64,000 nucleotides of DNA, from positions 372,001-436,000 of the forward strand of contig OZ025787.1 of the NCBI GenBank assembly GCA_964019425.1. The letters are read 5' to 3'. The notes beneath the pieces are model-generated. The model was given only the letters and a program-made list of their open reading frames with translations, ran no database searches and was not told the origin of the DNA. Below, one piece after another: positions 15,092-28,478 of the stretch. Each line of letters begins with the position of its first letter. Position 1 is the first letter of the stretch. This DNA comes from Flectonema sp. DT1601. Taxonomy: Eukaryota. Made by a program: the position numbers and the translations under genes.

Positions 15092-15359
15092 ATTGATTAA
15101 TCAACTGAAAGGGTTTGAGAGAAACGTTAAACAAATCCGACCACGAGACTGACATACTTAACGAACGACGTCTTCTGATGTTTTTCTTTTTTTTTTTAGT
15201 GAAGACCCGCTCGAAAACAAGAGCAGAGGAATTCCAAATAAATAAAACACAACAACACAAACAGATGGCAGCACTAGTTCGTAGTACTGGTAGGCGCCGG
15301 TTGTCGTGAGAGATACTTTAGAATTCAATCTGTTGAATGTTTCGAAGACATCAGAAGCT

Positions 15360-16310
15360 CTACGGTTTACGGTTCTCCATTCCGAGTCTTCTTCTGACGG
15401 CATCAACCTTTTGGTTGGCACGGTACTTTCTCTGGGCCAAGTTGTATGGTCTGTTGGCCTTGAGTTTGTAGCTACGTGGCTTCTTCTCGGACGCCTTCTG
15501 CTTTCTGGCGGCGGTGACCTGAGTTGGGTTTCTGGCCTTAGGGTTCTTTCTGATCTCCTCGTGAACCTTAACGTACATCTCTTCCAAGTCGTCAACGTCT
15601 TCAATACCGACAGCGATGTATCTGGAGAAGTGGCACTTGTACTTGTCAGGGTCCTCTTCCTTCATCTCCTCCATCCACTCACCAACGTGAGCTCCCATGA
15701 TACGACTGCGATGAGTCTCAGCATCAAGGGATCCGTTCGATGGGTTGTATCCAGGGAATCTCTTGTCACTGTGAGGAACGTTGAGTCCACCGTCAACAGC
15801 TCCCTTCAAACATGCGAAAACTCTGTTTCCGATGGTTGGGCGGGCAAGACCAATGTCAAGGAAGGCCTTGAATGGACGGCTTCCATCCTTCTCTCTCTTG
15901 TACTTCTTCTCATCGAACTGGAAGTGTTCGCCATCACATTCCTTGACACCTTCGTACTTCTTCTCCAATCCCTTGAGGGTGAGGATACGACGGGCAAGAA
16001 GGAGACCAGTTGCGTAGCAAGCGGCGTAGTTGGCGTATCCGATCTTCACACCGTAGTCCTTAAGTTCCCATGAGTAGGCAGACGCGTGGGTACGGTCTCC
16101 CTTCAACTCAGCAGAGACAATCTGACAAGTGGCGTGTCTGTTACTGATACGGGCAACCAAACGGTACTTGGCGGCCTGGTACTTGTTCTTGGCTTGGGTG
16201 ACCAACAAACGGCGCTGAAGGTAGTCAGTCTTTCCCTCACGTCTACGACGATACTTGACCTGGTACCTCTTAAAGTACGCGTTGTTCTTCTGAACCTTGA
16301 CGAATGGCAT
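15360..16310 (-). CDS. RPL5: 60S ribosomal protein L5 (uL18), copy 2
   Basis: Protein identical to copy 1. Confidence 0.98.
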   Translation of the reverse strand: MPFVKVQKNNAYFKRYQVKYRRRREGKTDYLQRRLLVTQAKNKYQAAKYRLVARISNRHATCQIVSAELKGDRTHASAYSWELKDYGVKIGYANYAACYATGLLLARRILTLKGLEKKYEGVKECDGEHFQFDEKKYKREKDGSRPFKAFLDIGLARPTIGNRVFACLKGAVDGGLNVPHSDKRFPGYNPSNGSLDAETHRSRIMGAHVGEWMEEMKEEDPDKYKCHFSRYIAVGIEDVDDLEEMYVKVHEEIRKNPKARNPTQVTAARKQKASEKKPRSYKLKANRPYNLAQRKYRANQKVDAVRRRLGMENRKP

Positions 16311-16941
16311 TGTTGTGGTCTAAGCCTAATTGAATAAGAAAAGTCGCATACAAATATACTTCGTATAAAACAAAAGAAGAAATAACCCTGCAGAACACAA
16401 GTAGATTTAGCTTAAACAGGTAACTCAAACACAAACTGGACAAACAAACGCTGGTGACACTCGCGAGGAAGTTGTCTTCATTTTTTTTTTTTTCTTTTTT
16501 TTTTCCGGTTTTTTTTTTTAACTGATCACAATACTTTTTCTTTCCAAAAAAAAACTTACCTGGACTCAGAAGCAAAACAGCTAAATGAAGACTCTGAAAT
16601 ATCTCAGAAATATGAGTAAACAAGCTGGGTTCAAACTAGGTAGGTTTTGTGAACCAGAACTCAAGTCGCCTTGGTTTGAATTGTACCTCCTTGTAAAGGT
16701 CAGCAGGTAATAAAAAAAGACCGACCAGAATTAAGAAGAGAAATGTGCGGTTCCGGGAAAAGGGTTGCCGGTGGTTCTCTCCCGTTGATTGGAAGGAAAA
16801 GTAAATAAAATGAATTTAAAATAAAAATAGAAGGGAGACGTCTTGCTAAGAAGACGAACAAGAGAAGTAGCGTCTCTTTAAAAATGATGAACCCGATGAG
16901 TAATTCGATTATTTGATACATGTTGTTTATGATTTAACTCC

Positions 16942-18666
<1,725 letters not shown>

Positions 18667-19964
18667 TTAATTATTTGTTGTGAGGAATATCGACCTACAG
18701 TAAAGAGAAATATCTGTCAGTCAAGAAGCTCAAAACACGTTGCGTATTGCACCCTTACTAGTAAACATTGTACTGATTGATGTCATGTCTGGATTGCAGT
18801 AATGAAGTACACAAACAAAAATAAATAATTCCCAACAACTGAAGCGACGAATATTTTGCCGACAACGAGTTTGTCAGACTGGGGAGGACGGAAATGAGAT
18901 GCGAGAGGTTTTTTTTTTTCTTTTCACAGGGGGGAACCGTTCATCTGGTTGAGGTACTTTTTCTTTTTACTCTCCCTTCTTAATTTTTTTCTCCTCCCAT
19001 GGCAAGACCTCAATGGAGAACCTGCTCGGAGGAGAAAAATGAACGAAAGGCCGAAAAAAAACCAAACAAAAGGAAACAATAAAAGAGAGATAAGATAATA
19101 TCGGGAGAAACATAATTAAATACAACAGAGAGGTACGTGACAAAGATTGGCCTTTTGTCCAGTCAACTAAAGCTAAGCTATCTCTTCCAATGGAGTCAAG
19201 CAAAGCCCCGTCCGTCCGAACCGTAGCGCTGTCTTGTCAAGAAGCACCAAACTATGTAATTTCTTTTTTCTTTTTTTTTTTCTTTTCTTTTCTTTTTTTT
19301 TTTTTTTGCCCTTGTGGAGCTACCTTTTTTTGTTGCTGTGGTTGTTCTTCCTCTGTATGCTGTTCACTCCCGCTTTTTTTTTTTTTTTTTTTCCGTCTCT
19401 TTCTCGTTTTCAACAATACACTGTGGGAAGCCCACTTGTTATGCCCCGCCTTTCATTTGTGCGCACTTCGCTCTTCTTCGAGCGATTCCGCTAAAATACA
19501 AATAACAAATAACGGATTAAAGATTATCAACAAGAGATTTAGTAGAAACGAGAAAGTCAGGGGAGGAACAAAAGAAGAGGTTAATTAAGCACAAACAGAA
19601 GGGAGTATAATTAACTTAATTAATAACGATACTGTTATATCACACCGTGTAGGATGGGGTGAGGTGAACTATTAAAAATCATAAAATAAATATGGTGGGG
19701 GAGTAGGTATTATTATTTTTTCCTTTTTTTTTTTTTTTTTTTTTTTTCCTTTTCTTTTTTCTTTTTCTTTTTCTTCCTCTTATTTTTTATTTTTTTTTTT
19801 TTTTTTTTTTTCCCCTTTGAAGCTTGCTGTTCTGTTGAACGCATCACTCAACAACAACAAAAAAAAAAAAAAAAAGAAGAAAAAAAAATACTGACACCAG
19901 TGACGGAAGAAAAAAAATGAAAACATACAGCAAAAAAATGGTACAAAAAGTAACCAACAAGTCA

Positions 19965-21458
19965 CTACGATGAAGAAGGTGATTTTACACTTTCACCGGC
20001 AGTAGAAACGCGATCTTCTTGGACCTTGCCCCATTGAAATGATTTCGAAAACGCAGATGCACCGTGTTCGGTGTTGTCCAATCCGTATAGCTCAGTCCAT
20101 TCAGGAACACGTAAGCTGCCTGTTAATTTAAGGATAAAAAAGACGAGTAATGAAAGAGTGAATGACCACACAGCGATCAAAAGCCCGCCCAACAGCTGGG
20201 TTCCAAATTGTTTTCCATTTCCTCCGTAGAATGCACCTGTCATATCATCCATTACTGTAGAATCACCATAAGCTGCTTTAATGTTTTGTTCTGTTGCGAA
20301 GAGTCCAGTAGCTGCCAATCCCCAGAAACCACAAAATCCATGTACAGCTGAAGCCTCTAAAACATCATCAATACCAAGACGTGCTACTAATCCAGAGGAT
20401 CCGAAGTAAATTACACCTCCGATACCTCCACAGATAAGAGCTGCGTATGGTTCGATAGTGGAGCAACCAGCGGTGACTGAAACTAGACCGGCGAGGATTC
20501 CATTGAAAATAGGATCGAGTAACAGTCGGTGTTCTGCGTCAAATGCGACAGTCATGAATAGAGATCCCAATCCACCTCCAGCTGCACCTAGTACGGTTGT
20601 TACCCCAACTTTGCCTGCTACTCTGGCTGCTCCTCCAGAAAGTTTGAGGGTTGAACCACAGTTGAATCCAAACCATCCAAACCAAAGGATTAGTGTACCG
20701 AGAGTCATTAGAGTCTTGTCGTGAGGAGCGAATTTAGTTTCAAGAGCGTGACGTTCTTCAGAAGTAGAAACTTCTTTGAGCAATTTCTGGTTTTCAAGCC
20801 ATCCAATGCGAGGTCCTACAACAAAAGCACCGGCAAGAGCACTGAATCCACCTACCATGTGAACTACACCGGAACCGGCAAAGTCGAGAACACCGACATT
20901 AAGACGAGCGTACTTTGTGTTAAATGGCGACAAGAATCCTTCCGTTGACCACATCCAATGAACTACGACTGGGTAGACAAATCCACACAACAGCAAAGAA
21001 TAGATGAAGTAAGCAAAGATGTAGCATCTTTCGGCAATTGCACCTGATACAATGGTCACAGCGGTTGCGCAAAATGCCCATTGGAATATAAAAGAGTGAT
21101 ATTCGTCCATTACGTTACCGTCAGATGTCAAAAAGAAATCCCCGTTTCCAATAAATCCATTTGGAGAGTCGTTGACGCCGTCTTCGTCAATTCCGTAGGC
21201 GAATCCCCATCCGCAAGCCCACCAAACAATTGCAGCCAGGACCGGATCAAATGCGTTTTTGAACAAAATATTTGAAACGTTCATACGACGTACTGTCCCT
21301 GCCTCCAACATTGCAAAGCCTGCTTGCATAAAAAATACCAAAACAGTTGCCAACAACACCCAGAAGATGTCGTACGAAGATTCCATACCAGTGAGTGAAG
21401 TAGTTGCCTGCTCAACGAAAGGCTGCAGACACTCAACGGTTGTACACTGATCGGCCAT
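19965..21458 (-). CDS. AMT1: Ammonium transporter, AMT1-type
   Basis: 497 aa with many hydrophobic helices; FMQAGFAMLEAG, SGAIAER, DFAGSGVVHMVGG, WFGWFGFNCGS and VHGFCGFWG (twin-His pore motifs). Confidence 0.96.
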   Translation of the reverse strand: MADQCTTVECLQPFVEQATTSLTGMESSYDIFWVLLATVLVFFMQAGFAMLEAGTVRRMNVSNILFKNAFDPVLAAIVWWACGWGFAYGIDEDGVNDSPNGFIGNGDFFLTSDGNVMDEYHSFIFQWAFCATAVTIVSGAIAERCYIFAYFIYSLLLCGFVYPVVVHWMWSTEGFLSPFNTKYARLNVGVLDFAGSGVVHMVGGFSALAGAFVVGPRIGWLENQKLLKEVSTSEERHALETKFAPHDKTLMTLGTLILWFGWFGFNCGSTLKLSGGAARVAGKVGVTTVLGAAGGGLGSLFMTVAFDAEHRLLLDPIFNGILAGLVSVTAGCSTIEPYAALICGGIGGVIYFGSSGLVARLGIDDVLEASAVHGFCGFWGLAATGLFATEQNIKAAYGDSTVMDDMTGAFYGGNGKQFGTQLLGGLLIAVWSFTLSLLVFFILKLTGSLRVPEWTELYGLDNTEHGASAFSKSFQWGKVQEDRVSTAGESVKSPSSS

Positions 21459-21692
21459 TGTTATAAGTGTCTAGTGGTTAAAAGAGAGTTCGTTTATTTT
21501 ATTACTAAGACTACAGAGGTATTTTCACTTTCACAAGCAATTTGTTTGTTCTGTTTAAAAAATAAGTTTAATAATTTACTACTCGCAAAGATTTATTAAT
21601 TTCGTTCACACTGGTTAAGACTGCAGGAAAAAACTGTTAATTTTTTTTAGATTTAAAAAAAGGAAAAAAAAGAATGCTTTAAAGAAATGCTG

Positions 21693-22898
21693 CTACAGCT
21701 CAGAGAGCTCAGGGCTCTCATAGGAGTCGCCCATTACTTGTTTTAGATAGGACTCTGCTTTATCAACGAGTTTATCAATAGCAGCGTGTAGGGCGGTTTG
21801 AATATTAACGTTCATCTCTGTGACTGTCGGGTTAGCAATGGTTGTACAGGACTCATCCTTCGGAAGCTTCTCCAGGTGCTGTTCAAATAGCTGTCTCATT
21901 AAATCAAACCCTCCTAGTATTATTTCATCATCAGTAGTCTCAGAGAAGTTGATATCGGTGAGTTTTGCGATTTCGGATTCAGTTTTTGCAATTTGATAAG
22001 CTGCCGCAATTCGAATACAAATTTCAAGTTGAGAATCATATCCTCCTTCACGAGTTACAAGTGACACAGCGCTATCACCACAGCCGTGAGTACCCAGAGC
22101 GGCTTTCGCCTGATCTGGTAGATTACTCCATGTCAACTCTAAGGGAACAGCTGCAAAGTTTGGATCGACTAATCCAAAAATAGCTGCAGATCTAAATAAA
22201 GAATATTGCGGAGTCCTAAACAGAAGAGTTCCTTTTTTAACATCTTTTGAAATCTTAAACGTGACTCGGTACTGCTCTCCCTCCTGAGGCAGAAACACAC
22301 CACCTGGCTCAATAGTATCCGTATAGGAAGGACTTAACAATTCAATGACAGGAAAGATCGCTGTGCTGTTAGCAAATCCGTACACAAGACCAGCAGATTG
22401 TGTAACAAATAAAATTGCTTGCTTTGCAGTAGCTGGAGAGCATAGGTTTGTATTAGTAGCTAACTTAACAAAATGATCAACACGGTGTTTTAAAGCAGCT
22501 ATATGATGTGGTATGTCAGAGTAGAAACACTGATGCATATTTTCAGGAATGTCTAAACCAGAGGATAATTCGACTGAATTTAATATTGCAGGAGGTCTTA
22601 ACACAATATCAACAGCGAGGGCTATTTCGGAATTATCTTTTACATTGCTGTCAAGATCTATCATTTCGTTGATGAAATCCTGCGCTTCCATCGAAATGTC
22701 ATTAGCCAGACGAACCCCTTTTAGTGACATCGACAAAATTTCAGTTCCTCCCTTGAGATCTTCAGTCACAAGAAGAGCTCTCTCATCCACATCTATCTTA
22801 ACCCCATTCAGTTCAACGCCAACCTTCGCTACCTCTTCATCATAACCCGCTAGTACTGTAGTAGTCGTTGCAGCTACAACTGCAAGTGCACGCAACAT
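21693..22898 (-). CDS. Signal-peptide-bearing protein with degenerate SET / Rubisco-LSMT-like domain
   Basis: 401-aa ORF with hydrophobic N-terminus. RALLVTEDLKGGTEILSM resembles SET motif I; IFPVIELLSPS resembles LxPxxDLLNHS; LFRSAAIFGLVDP resembles LLxxYGFV. ORF is confident; the family call is by eye. Confidence 0.6.
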   Translation of the reverse strand: MLRALAVVAATTTTVLAGYDEEVAKVGVELNGVKIDVDERALLVTEDLKGGTEILSMSLKGVRLANDISMEAQDFINEMIDLDSNVKDNSEIALAVDIVLRPPAILNSVELSSGLDIPENMHQCFYSDIPHHIAALKHRVDHFVKLATNTNLCSPATAKQAILFVTQSAGLVYGFANSTAIFPVIELLSPSYTDTIEPGGVFLPQEGEQYRVTFKISKDVKKGTLLFRTPQYSLFRSAAIFGLVDPNFAAVPLELTWSNLPDQAKAALGTHGCGDSAVSLVTREGGYDSQLEICIRIAAAYQIAKTESEIAKLTDINFSETTDDEIILGGFDLMRQLFEQHLEKLPKDESCTTIANPTVTEMNVNIQTALHAAIDKLVDKAESYLKQVMGDSYESPELSEL

Positions 22899-23566
22899 AT
22901 TTATTCTGATAAAGGGTAACTTTTACTGTAAGTAACTATGAAGATTTCAAGGTTGGGTAATTTATGCTCTTTTCAGAATACCCAACTGTAAGGTCATGTA
23001 CATAGGCCAAACAGTGAACTCGGTGATGGAAAGAACGCAATGGCAATAGGCGAAGAAGTAGTCACGCGATGGAAGAGGAAACGGGAACAAGTTGATGCTA
23101 CTTTAGCACAAAAAAGTCCCTCCCGACTATTTCACTAGAAAAAACACCGAACAACTACTACGATGATGCTTAGGATATTTACAGAGCAGCTGCATCCAGA
23201 GAACTGCGTTCATAAATAGCTTTGGTAAACTCCTCAACTCAAGATGGTATTGACTTAGCTCGCAGTATAACACTTCGTCCTGTTCGGTTGCTTACTCATT
23301 TGGTCTTTCTGCTGAGTATTAAACCTTTCACAAGTGTAGGTTGTCCTTTAGTGAGTTCGGTGATTGGCTGGAAGACAGCTTCGATATGGGGCGAAACTGC
23401 AGCGTTAAAAATATCACAGTTTACTCTACTGGAAGGAGGAGAAGTTATGATAGGCTGGCTCCAGACACCAAGGGAAAGAGCATCTTGGGACACATGCCAT
23501 CAGATGGCAATAGGTATTTATGGCACCCGCCCAATATTTCCGGGATAGTTACCCAAGAAATATTAA

Positions 23567-23720
23567 GAAAAAGAATTGGCTTTATCCTAAACTATACAGA
23601 AAATAGTAATGTAACACTGTAATGTTTTGTTTGTGCACGAAACTGTGAACCGACTTAAACTGAGGTTTCGTGTGCTGCTAACATTATTTTTCGTTCTTAC
23701 AATACTTGTTAAATTCAAAA
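23567..23720 (+). repeat. ~155-bp direct repeat, second copy 24955-25122
   Basis: gaaaaagaattggcttta...gtgcacgaaac(t/c)gtgaaccgacttaaactga...cgttcttacaatacttgttaaat occurs twice. Confidence 0.9.
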
Positions 23721-23877
23721 AGAAATTATAAAATATTACTTATTACACCCACTTAATATTCACATCACTGATATCTACTAAACCATTAACCAATACACAG
23801 GACAAAACGTCAGAGTCAAACAATCACGACTGTGTTTGCAAAGTATGGTGCGCAATACATGCACAATTGTCTAGTAA

Positions 23878-24372
23878 TCAACAACTTTTGTGCACTCCAT
23901 TCATCAAGTTGAACTCCGTACTGTTGCCGTACAAAATGAGCGCAAAGAGATCGAAGTTCGCGCCTCCAACGATTCTGCTAATGTTAACAGTGAGTGTGTT
24001 TGTCTGGTTGATGCTTCCACTTTGTTTCAATTCACCTGTTAGATCAACACAAAATACAGGCTCCTCACTGAATGAATCAATACCTGAGGTTTCATAAGCG
24101 TTTCTCATAGGTTCTACATACGCATCATTGATCGATAGGAACGCGAAGTACGGTTTCGTCCATTCATTGCGAGTAAAGTCCATCACATAATCCTTCAAAT
24201 CAACACTCAAACGTGTGATCCCAACATTACCATACCGGAATGGCTCTACCGCATCATTAGCTCTCGTCGGTTGTACAAACAGAAACATTCGTGCGGTCGA
24301 TGCATTTGTGGCAATCGGTGATGTTCGTAGATGCCCCGTTGTGTTCTGATCTTCTAATCTCACAATCCTCAT
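23878..24372 (-). pseudogene. C-terminal fragment of a Polinton/adintovirus-like double-jelly-roll major capsid protein
   Basis: Motif order RMFLFVQ..R.N...F.Y.N..I..L.V.L / MDF..NEW..PY..F / PVFCVDLT / L.V.I / LFALILY....EFN follows the Polinton MCP C-terminal pattern as recalled (RYxxxxFQ..FDHCNL..DF..NxY..PLFVIDCS..AYCLILHD..EYNP). Confidence 0.6.
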
Positions 24373-24724
24373 GTGTTACTTACATTGCCTGTTTGCTTTG
24401 TTTGTATTGGAGGAGACCTGCTAAAGGACCTGGCCACGGCCCTGTCAATCATTTTTACCTTCTGTTGTTAGTCATAACTAGTTAGTCACCATTATCACTC
24501 CAAATGGGTGGTGAATTTTTGCCACGGCCCTGTCAATCATTTGTTCCTTCTGTTGTTAGTCATAACAAACAGAAGCGAGAGAGAAGATGTGTTTGGCTAA
24601 CATTCATAAAATCTTACTGTGGGACTTCTCTTGTTGTTGTTAATTTCCCATCCGCCTGAGGGAATCCATAAACCGCGGTCTTTACACTGTTGCCAGTGTG
24701 TTTATGGCCTTCGTCGCTGTTGAA

Positions 24725-24821
24725 AGTCCCCTCACCGCTCTATGGCATCAACATGCCATAGAGCGGCAAGTGATTAATGGACCATAGCTGAGCCTTGGGA
24801 ACTCAGATTGGGGTTTAGACT
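24725..24821 (-). ncRNA. Twister-like self-cleaving ribozyme (type P1 with P5 insert), copy 1
   Basis: Minus strand: AGUC-UAA-ACC-CC-AAU-CUGAG-UUCCCAAGG-CUCAG-[linker plus 12-bp perfect hairpin]-GGU-GAGGG-GACU. Gives P1 AGUC/GACU, P2 ACC/GGU, P4 CUGAG/CUCAG, pseudoknots CCC/GGG and CC/GG. Confidence 0.7.
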
Positions 24822-25868
24822 AAAAAGGTTATCGCCATGGCTTTTGGAGCTGGCGTTTGCATCTTGTAGCGCTTTAGGGGCGTTGGTGTTGCTGTAACCC
24901 TCCGTAACCCTCCGAAGCTTCTCTTTCTGCAACTTCTGAGGGTGCAACATTGTTGAAAAAGAATTGGCTTTAACTTCAACTATACAGAAAATAATGATAT
25001 AACACTGTAATTTTTTGTTTGTGCACGAAACCGTGAACCGACTTAAACTGATAAAGCTAAAGGAGGTTTACGTGTGCTGCCAACATTCTTTTTCGTTCTT
25101 ACAATACTTGTTAAATGCAAAAAAAAAAACAATTTTCATTTATTCTTTTTTTGCGAAAAGAGCACTGATTCTGGAGCTGACGTGTCTAAATGAAGATCGT
25201 TTCGAAACCTCTCATGTTTTAAAAGAAAAGAAATACACTAAGAGACTCGATCATCGCTAATGGCTTCGATTGTAACATCTTTACTATTGAAGTTGGCGTA
25301 CGAGGAAACATCTGCATGGACCAGCTGAACATCTGGACTCGTCACATCGGTTCACCTTTAGCACCGACTAAAGCTTTATTTTGTGAATGCACCAGAATCG
25401 CCAGACTGTGCTCATATTTTCTGTTCCACGACGAGGAACCTCCCCACGTGGCATTCAAGACCACTAATGCGCAGCATTAAAGAAGAACCTGCCACTTCAA
25501 ATTTTATAAAAGATGGTAAAGAAATCTTCCCTGTAGAAGTCAAAACCCACAAAGTAATAAAACTAAAAACGATCGAAAAGCTCACCATTGAAAGATCGTG
25601 GCTTGAGAAATGTTTTATCTGGCAAACTTGTTATGCATCGGCTCTTTCTATTCTACTTATTGCCAAAGGTTCTTCCTCCCCGGCCCCTTCTTTTTTGTTA
25701 GATGAGGATGAGCTCACCGGACTCTCCTTGTCCTTCTCTTCTCTTTCTTCCATCTCTTTCCAGACTCCCCCACCTGAACTCATGTCAACGGGATCGCAAA
25801 CACTTCCTGCTGATTTTGCTATGGTGATAAGAAGTCAATCTGACATTGGTTCTCAAACACCCCCCTTG

Positions 25869-26970
25869 TACAAAGAAAAAGAAGGAAGATTAAGGCTGAA
25901 ACTTTCCTTGAAATGCCAAATCTTAGAAAATGAACTAAAACAAATGACAGAACGAATGTTTTATGTACTATTTTTATTTTACTTTAATGCGATGTCAGCC
26001 TCCCTTGAGAAAGACAAGCAGCTACTGAATGGATTATCTGTTGAGAACAAAGCTTCCAAACAACGGGCCGCCGAGAATGTATCTCACAACCCACTCCCTT
26101 TAAATCTATCCACACCCCCATCTGTCTTTAACGTAGAAACGGAACAGGAAAAACGTGAACTCTTGGAAAAAGAGAATCAACAACTGATTGCTGAATGTGA
26201 TTTAGTGAAAAGTTCTCTTCTCCCATTAGTTCAGCAACTATCCAGCAGTGCTTGGATGTCCTGATCTTCTTCTAAAAAAAAAGAAAGAAAAACAAAACTG
26301 TAGCTGGGATCACTCAGGATCAACAGACTACCAATGCTACCTGTTGTACTTGCTCACTATGGGGAACAGATTCATACAAAATGGGGGTTCGAGGGGAAAC
26401 TTGTTGACTAAAGTGAGTCATGTGGGGACGCGCGGCACGCAAACTCTCGACCTCCTGTTGAGTATAGAAAAGTCTTATTTTACTTTCTCTTTCCTCATTA
26501 CATTTGGTCTCCAATTCGTTCGACAGAAGAACAAACCTTTGATGGTAATTGAAGAGCGCCATTTCCGATAGGTCTGCTCTCTAAGTCAGATTTGCGAGCT
26601 CACGTTTCTTGTAATCTTCCACTAAGTCATTTTGTCGAACTAATGCAAGAAGAGAAGTCTTCGATTCATCGCGTTCTGCTGTTAACCGTTGAATTACTCC
26701 CTCCAGAAGTTCATATTCTTTTCTATCTTTTTCGATGATTAAAACAGGGGGCGCAGGAGGAAGTGAGGATGGATCCTGGTTGGTAGCTTTGATCTCAACA
26801 GGTAATCCATTTAGTAACTGTTTGTCTTTCTCAAGAGAGGCTGACATCGCATTAAAGTAAAATAAAAATAGTACATAAAACATTCGTTCTTTCATTTGAT
26901 CTAATTCGTTTTCTAAGATTTGGCATTTCAAGGAAAGTTTCAGCCTTAATCTTCCTTCTTTTTCTTTGTA
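25869..26970. pseudogene. Inverted pair of diverged coiled-coil coding fragments (25869-26220 on +, 26630-26970 on -)
   Basis: Both encode KCQILENEL.QM.ERMFYVLFLFYFNAMSASLEKDKQLLNGL in opposite orientations. Confidence 0.6.
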
Positions 26971-27301
26971 TAATACTCGCGTGGGTGGTTGCTCTCTTCG
27001 GAGAGCATAACTTCAGACCCGTCAATTCGCGGCGCTTATATTTACGCACATCAATTAGTTGAACGAGTTCAAGTCACTTCCCTGCATAGCAGATCCGTGT
27101 CCTCTGTATTAACGCTATACTAAGTGTGACTGTGACTGATGCACGTAATGGTTGGGTTCTTTAAGTACTCAGGACTGGTTGCTTGCTAATGTGAATGCTT
27201 ACGTTCGAATTCCCCGACTTTCGAGTAAATTTAGGTGAATGATTTCTCTTGTCTTCTGTCTGACGCTTGTGATGCACCTCTTGTATTTTAAGTCACAGGG
27301 T

Positions 27302-27655
27302 TGATTTCGAAAAGGTGGGAAGTAACGGACTGGGAGCTTTTGGCTCCTGCCCTATTCCCGATGTAAACTTTCTTTTTGTTTTATTTTTTTAACAGGCCCA
27401 AAGGGCGACAATGACAGATGCTGACCAAGGAATAATAATCAAATGCATTTTCGTTTCAAAGAAACGAACAGAATTAAGAGAGGCAGAAAAAAAAAATAAT
27501 ATGAAGAGGAAATAATCAAACATGAAAATAAATAAATAAATAAATAACGTTATATGAAAAAGAAAAAAAAAAAAAAAGAAAAAAAGAAAAAAAAAGACCA
27601 GAAAAGGAAAGAGAAGATGAAAAGGTATTTAATTAATATTTTTGTGGGGATATGG
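27302..27655 (-). mobile_element. Family B element, fixed-end fragment
   Basis: gtgggaagtaacggactgggagcttttggctcctgccctattcccgatgtaaac, the same terminus as at 37823, 43393, 56265, 60391 and 62792. Confidence 0.8.
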
Positions 27656-27658
27656 GGT

Positions 27659-28478
27659 ATCCCTGCCAGAGGGGCGAGTATTCTACCATGGTTGAAATAC
27701 TCTGGCAACTGATCTTCAATTTTATGTTGTTTGTTAGCTGCTGGTGTATCTTGATCATGTGTTGATACTTGCATTTATTTATTTGTAATCTTTCACTACA
27801 ATCACTCTTGCCTATATCTTTTCTTTTTATTCTCTATCTGTTCTGGTCTGTTACCTCATTTGTCTTGTTTAACTTCAGTTATATCCATTTTACTTTTTAT
27901 TGTTTCCCATCTACTTTTTATTTTCTATTAGTTCTGGTCAGAAACTCCTGGGCAGCAAGAAGGAAAGCAGTTGAGTACTTCTGGGTGTTTGGCATCACCC
28001 CCCATAGTGAGCAAGTACAACAGGTAGCATTGGTAGTCTGTTGATCCTGAGTGATCCCAGCTACAGTTTTGTTTTTCTTTCTTTTTTTTAGAAGAAGATC
28101 AGGACATCCTAGCACTGCTGGATAGTTGCTGAATGCAGGGCCTGCCTGTGGCATTATAATAACAGGCTAAGTCATTTGTAGTTCATAGTTTACCTTTGAT
28201 TTTATAACTTCACATAGGTACTATGAACGATGAGAGATCCAGTGGGATCACTCAGGGTCTAGTAGAGACCACCAATGTTGTGCGTTGATAGGCAAGGTGA
28301 TCAACCTTGACATTCTTTCTTTTCTCTCCTGTTGTGACAAACACAAAATACACGCACAGCTTACAGTGTGTTCTTTGTGTATGTTTTCTTCAGGTGTGAG
28401 TAGTTTTTTTGTTCTTGCTCTTCAGGGAGGGCCTTAGCCAAAAGCTAACAGTCCAAATCTCACCTGGAAATTCAACTC
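27659..28478 (+). mobile_element. Family A element, truncated copy ending ...cacctggaaattcaactc
   Basis: Matches the 1356-bp unit at 48291-52358 and has the same fixed terminus. Confidence 0.85.

Noticed and set aside
14192..16073. Long plus-strand ORFs (220 and 255 aa)
   Set aside because: Antisense shadows of RPL5.
23222..23548. Possible SPRY-like fragment (GEVMIG...SDGNRY)
   Set aside because: Motifs lie in different frames and are too short to support a call.
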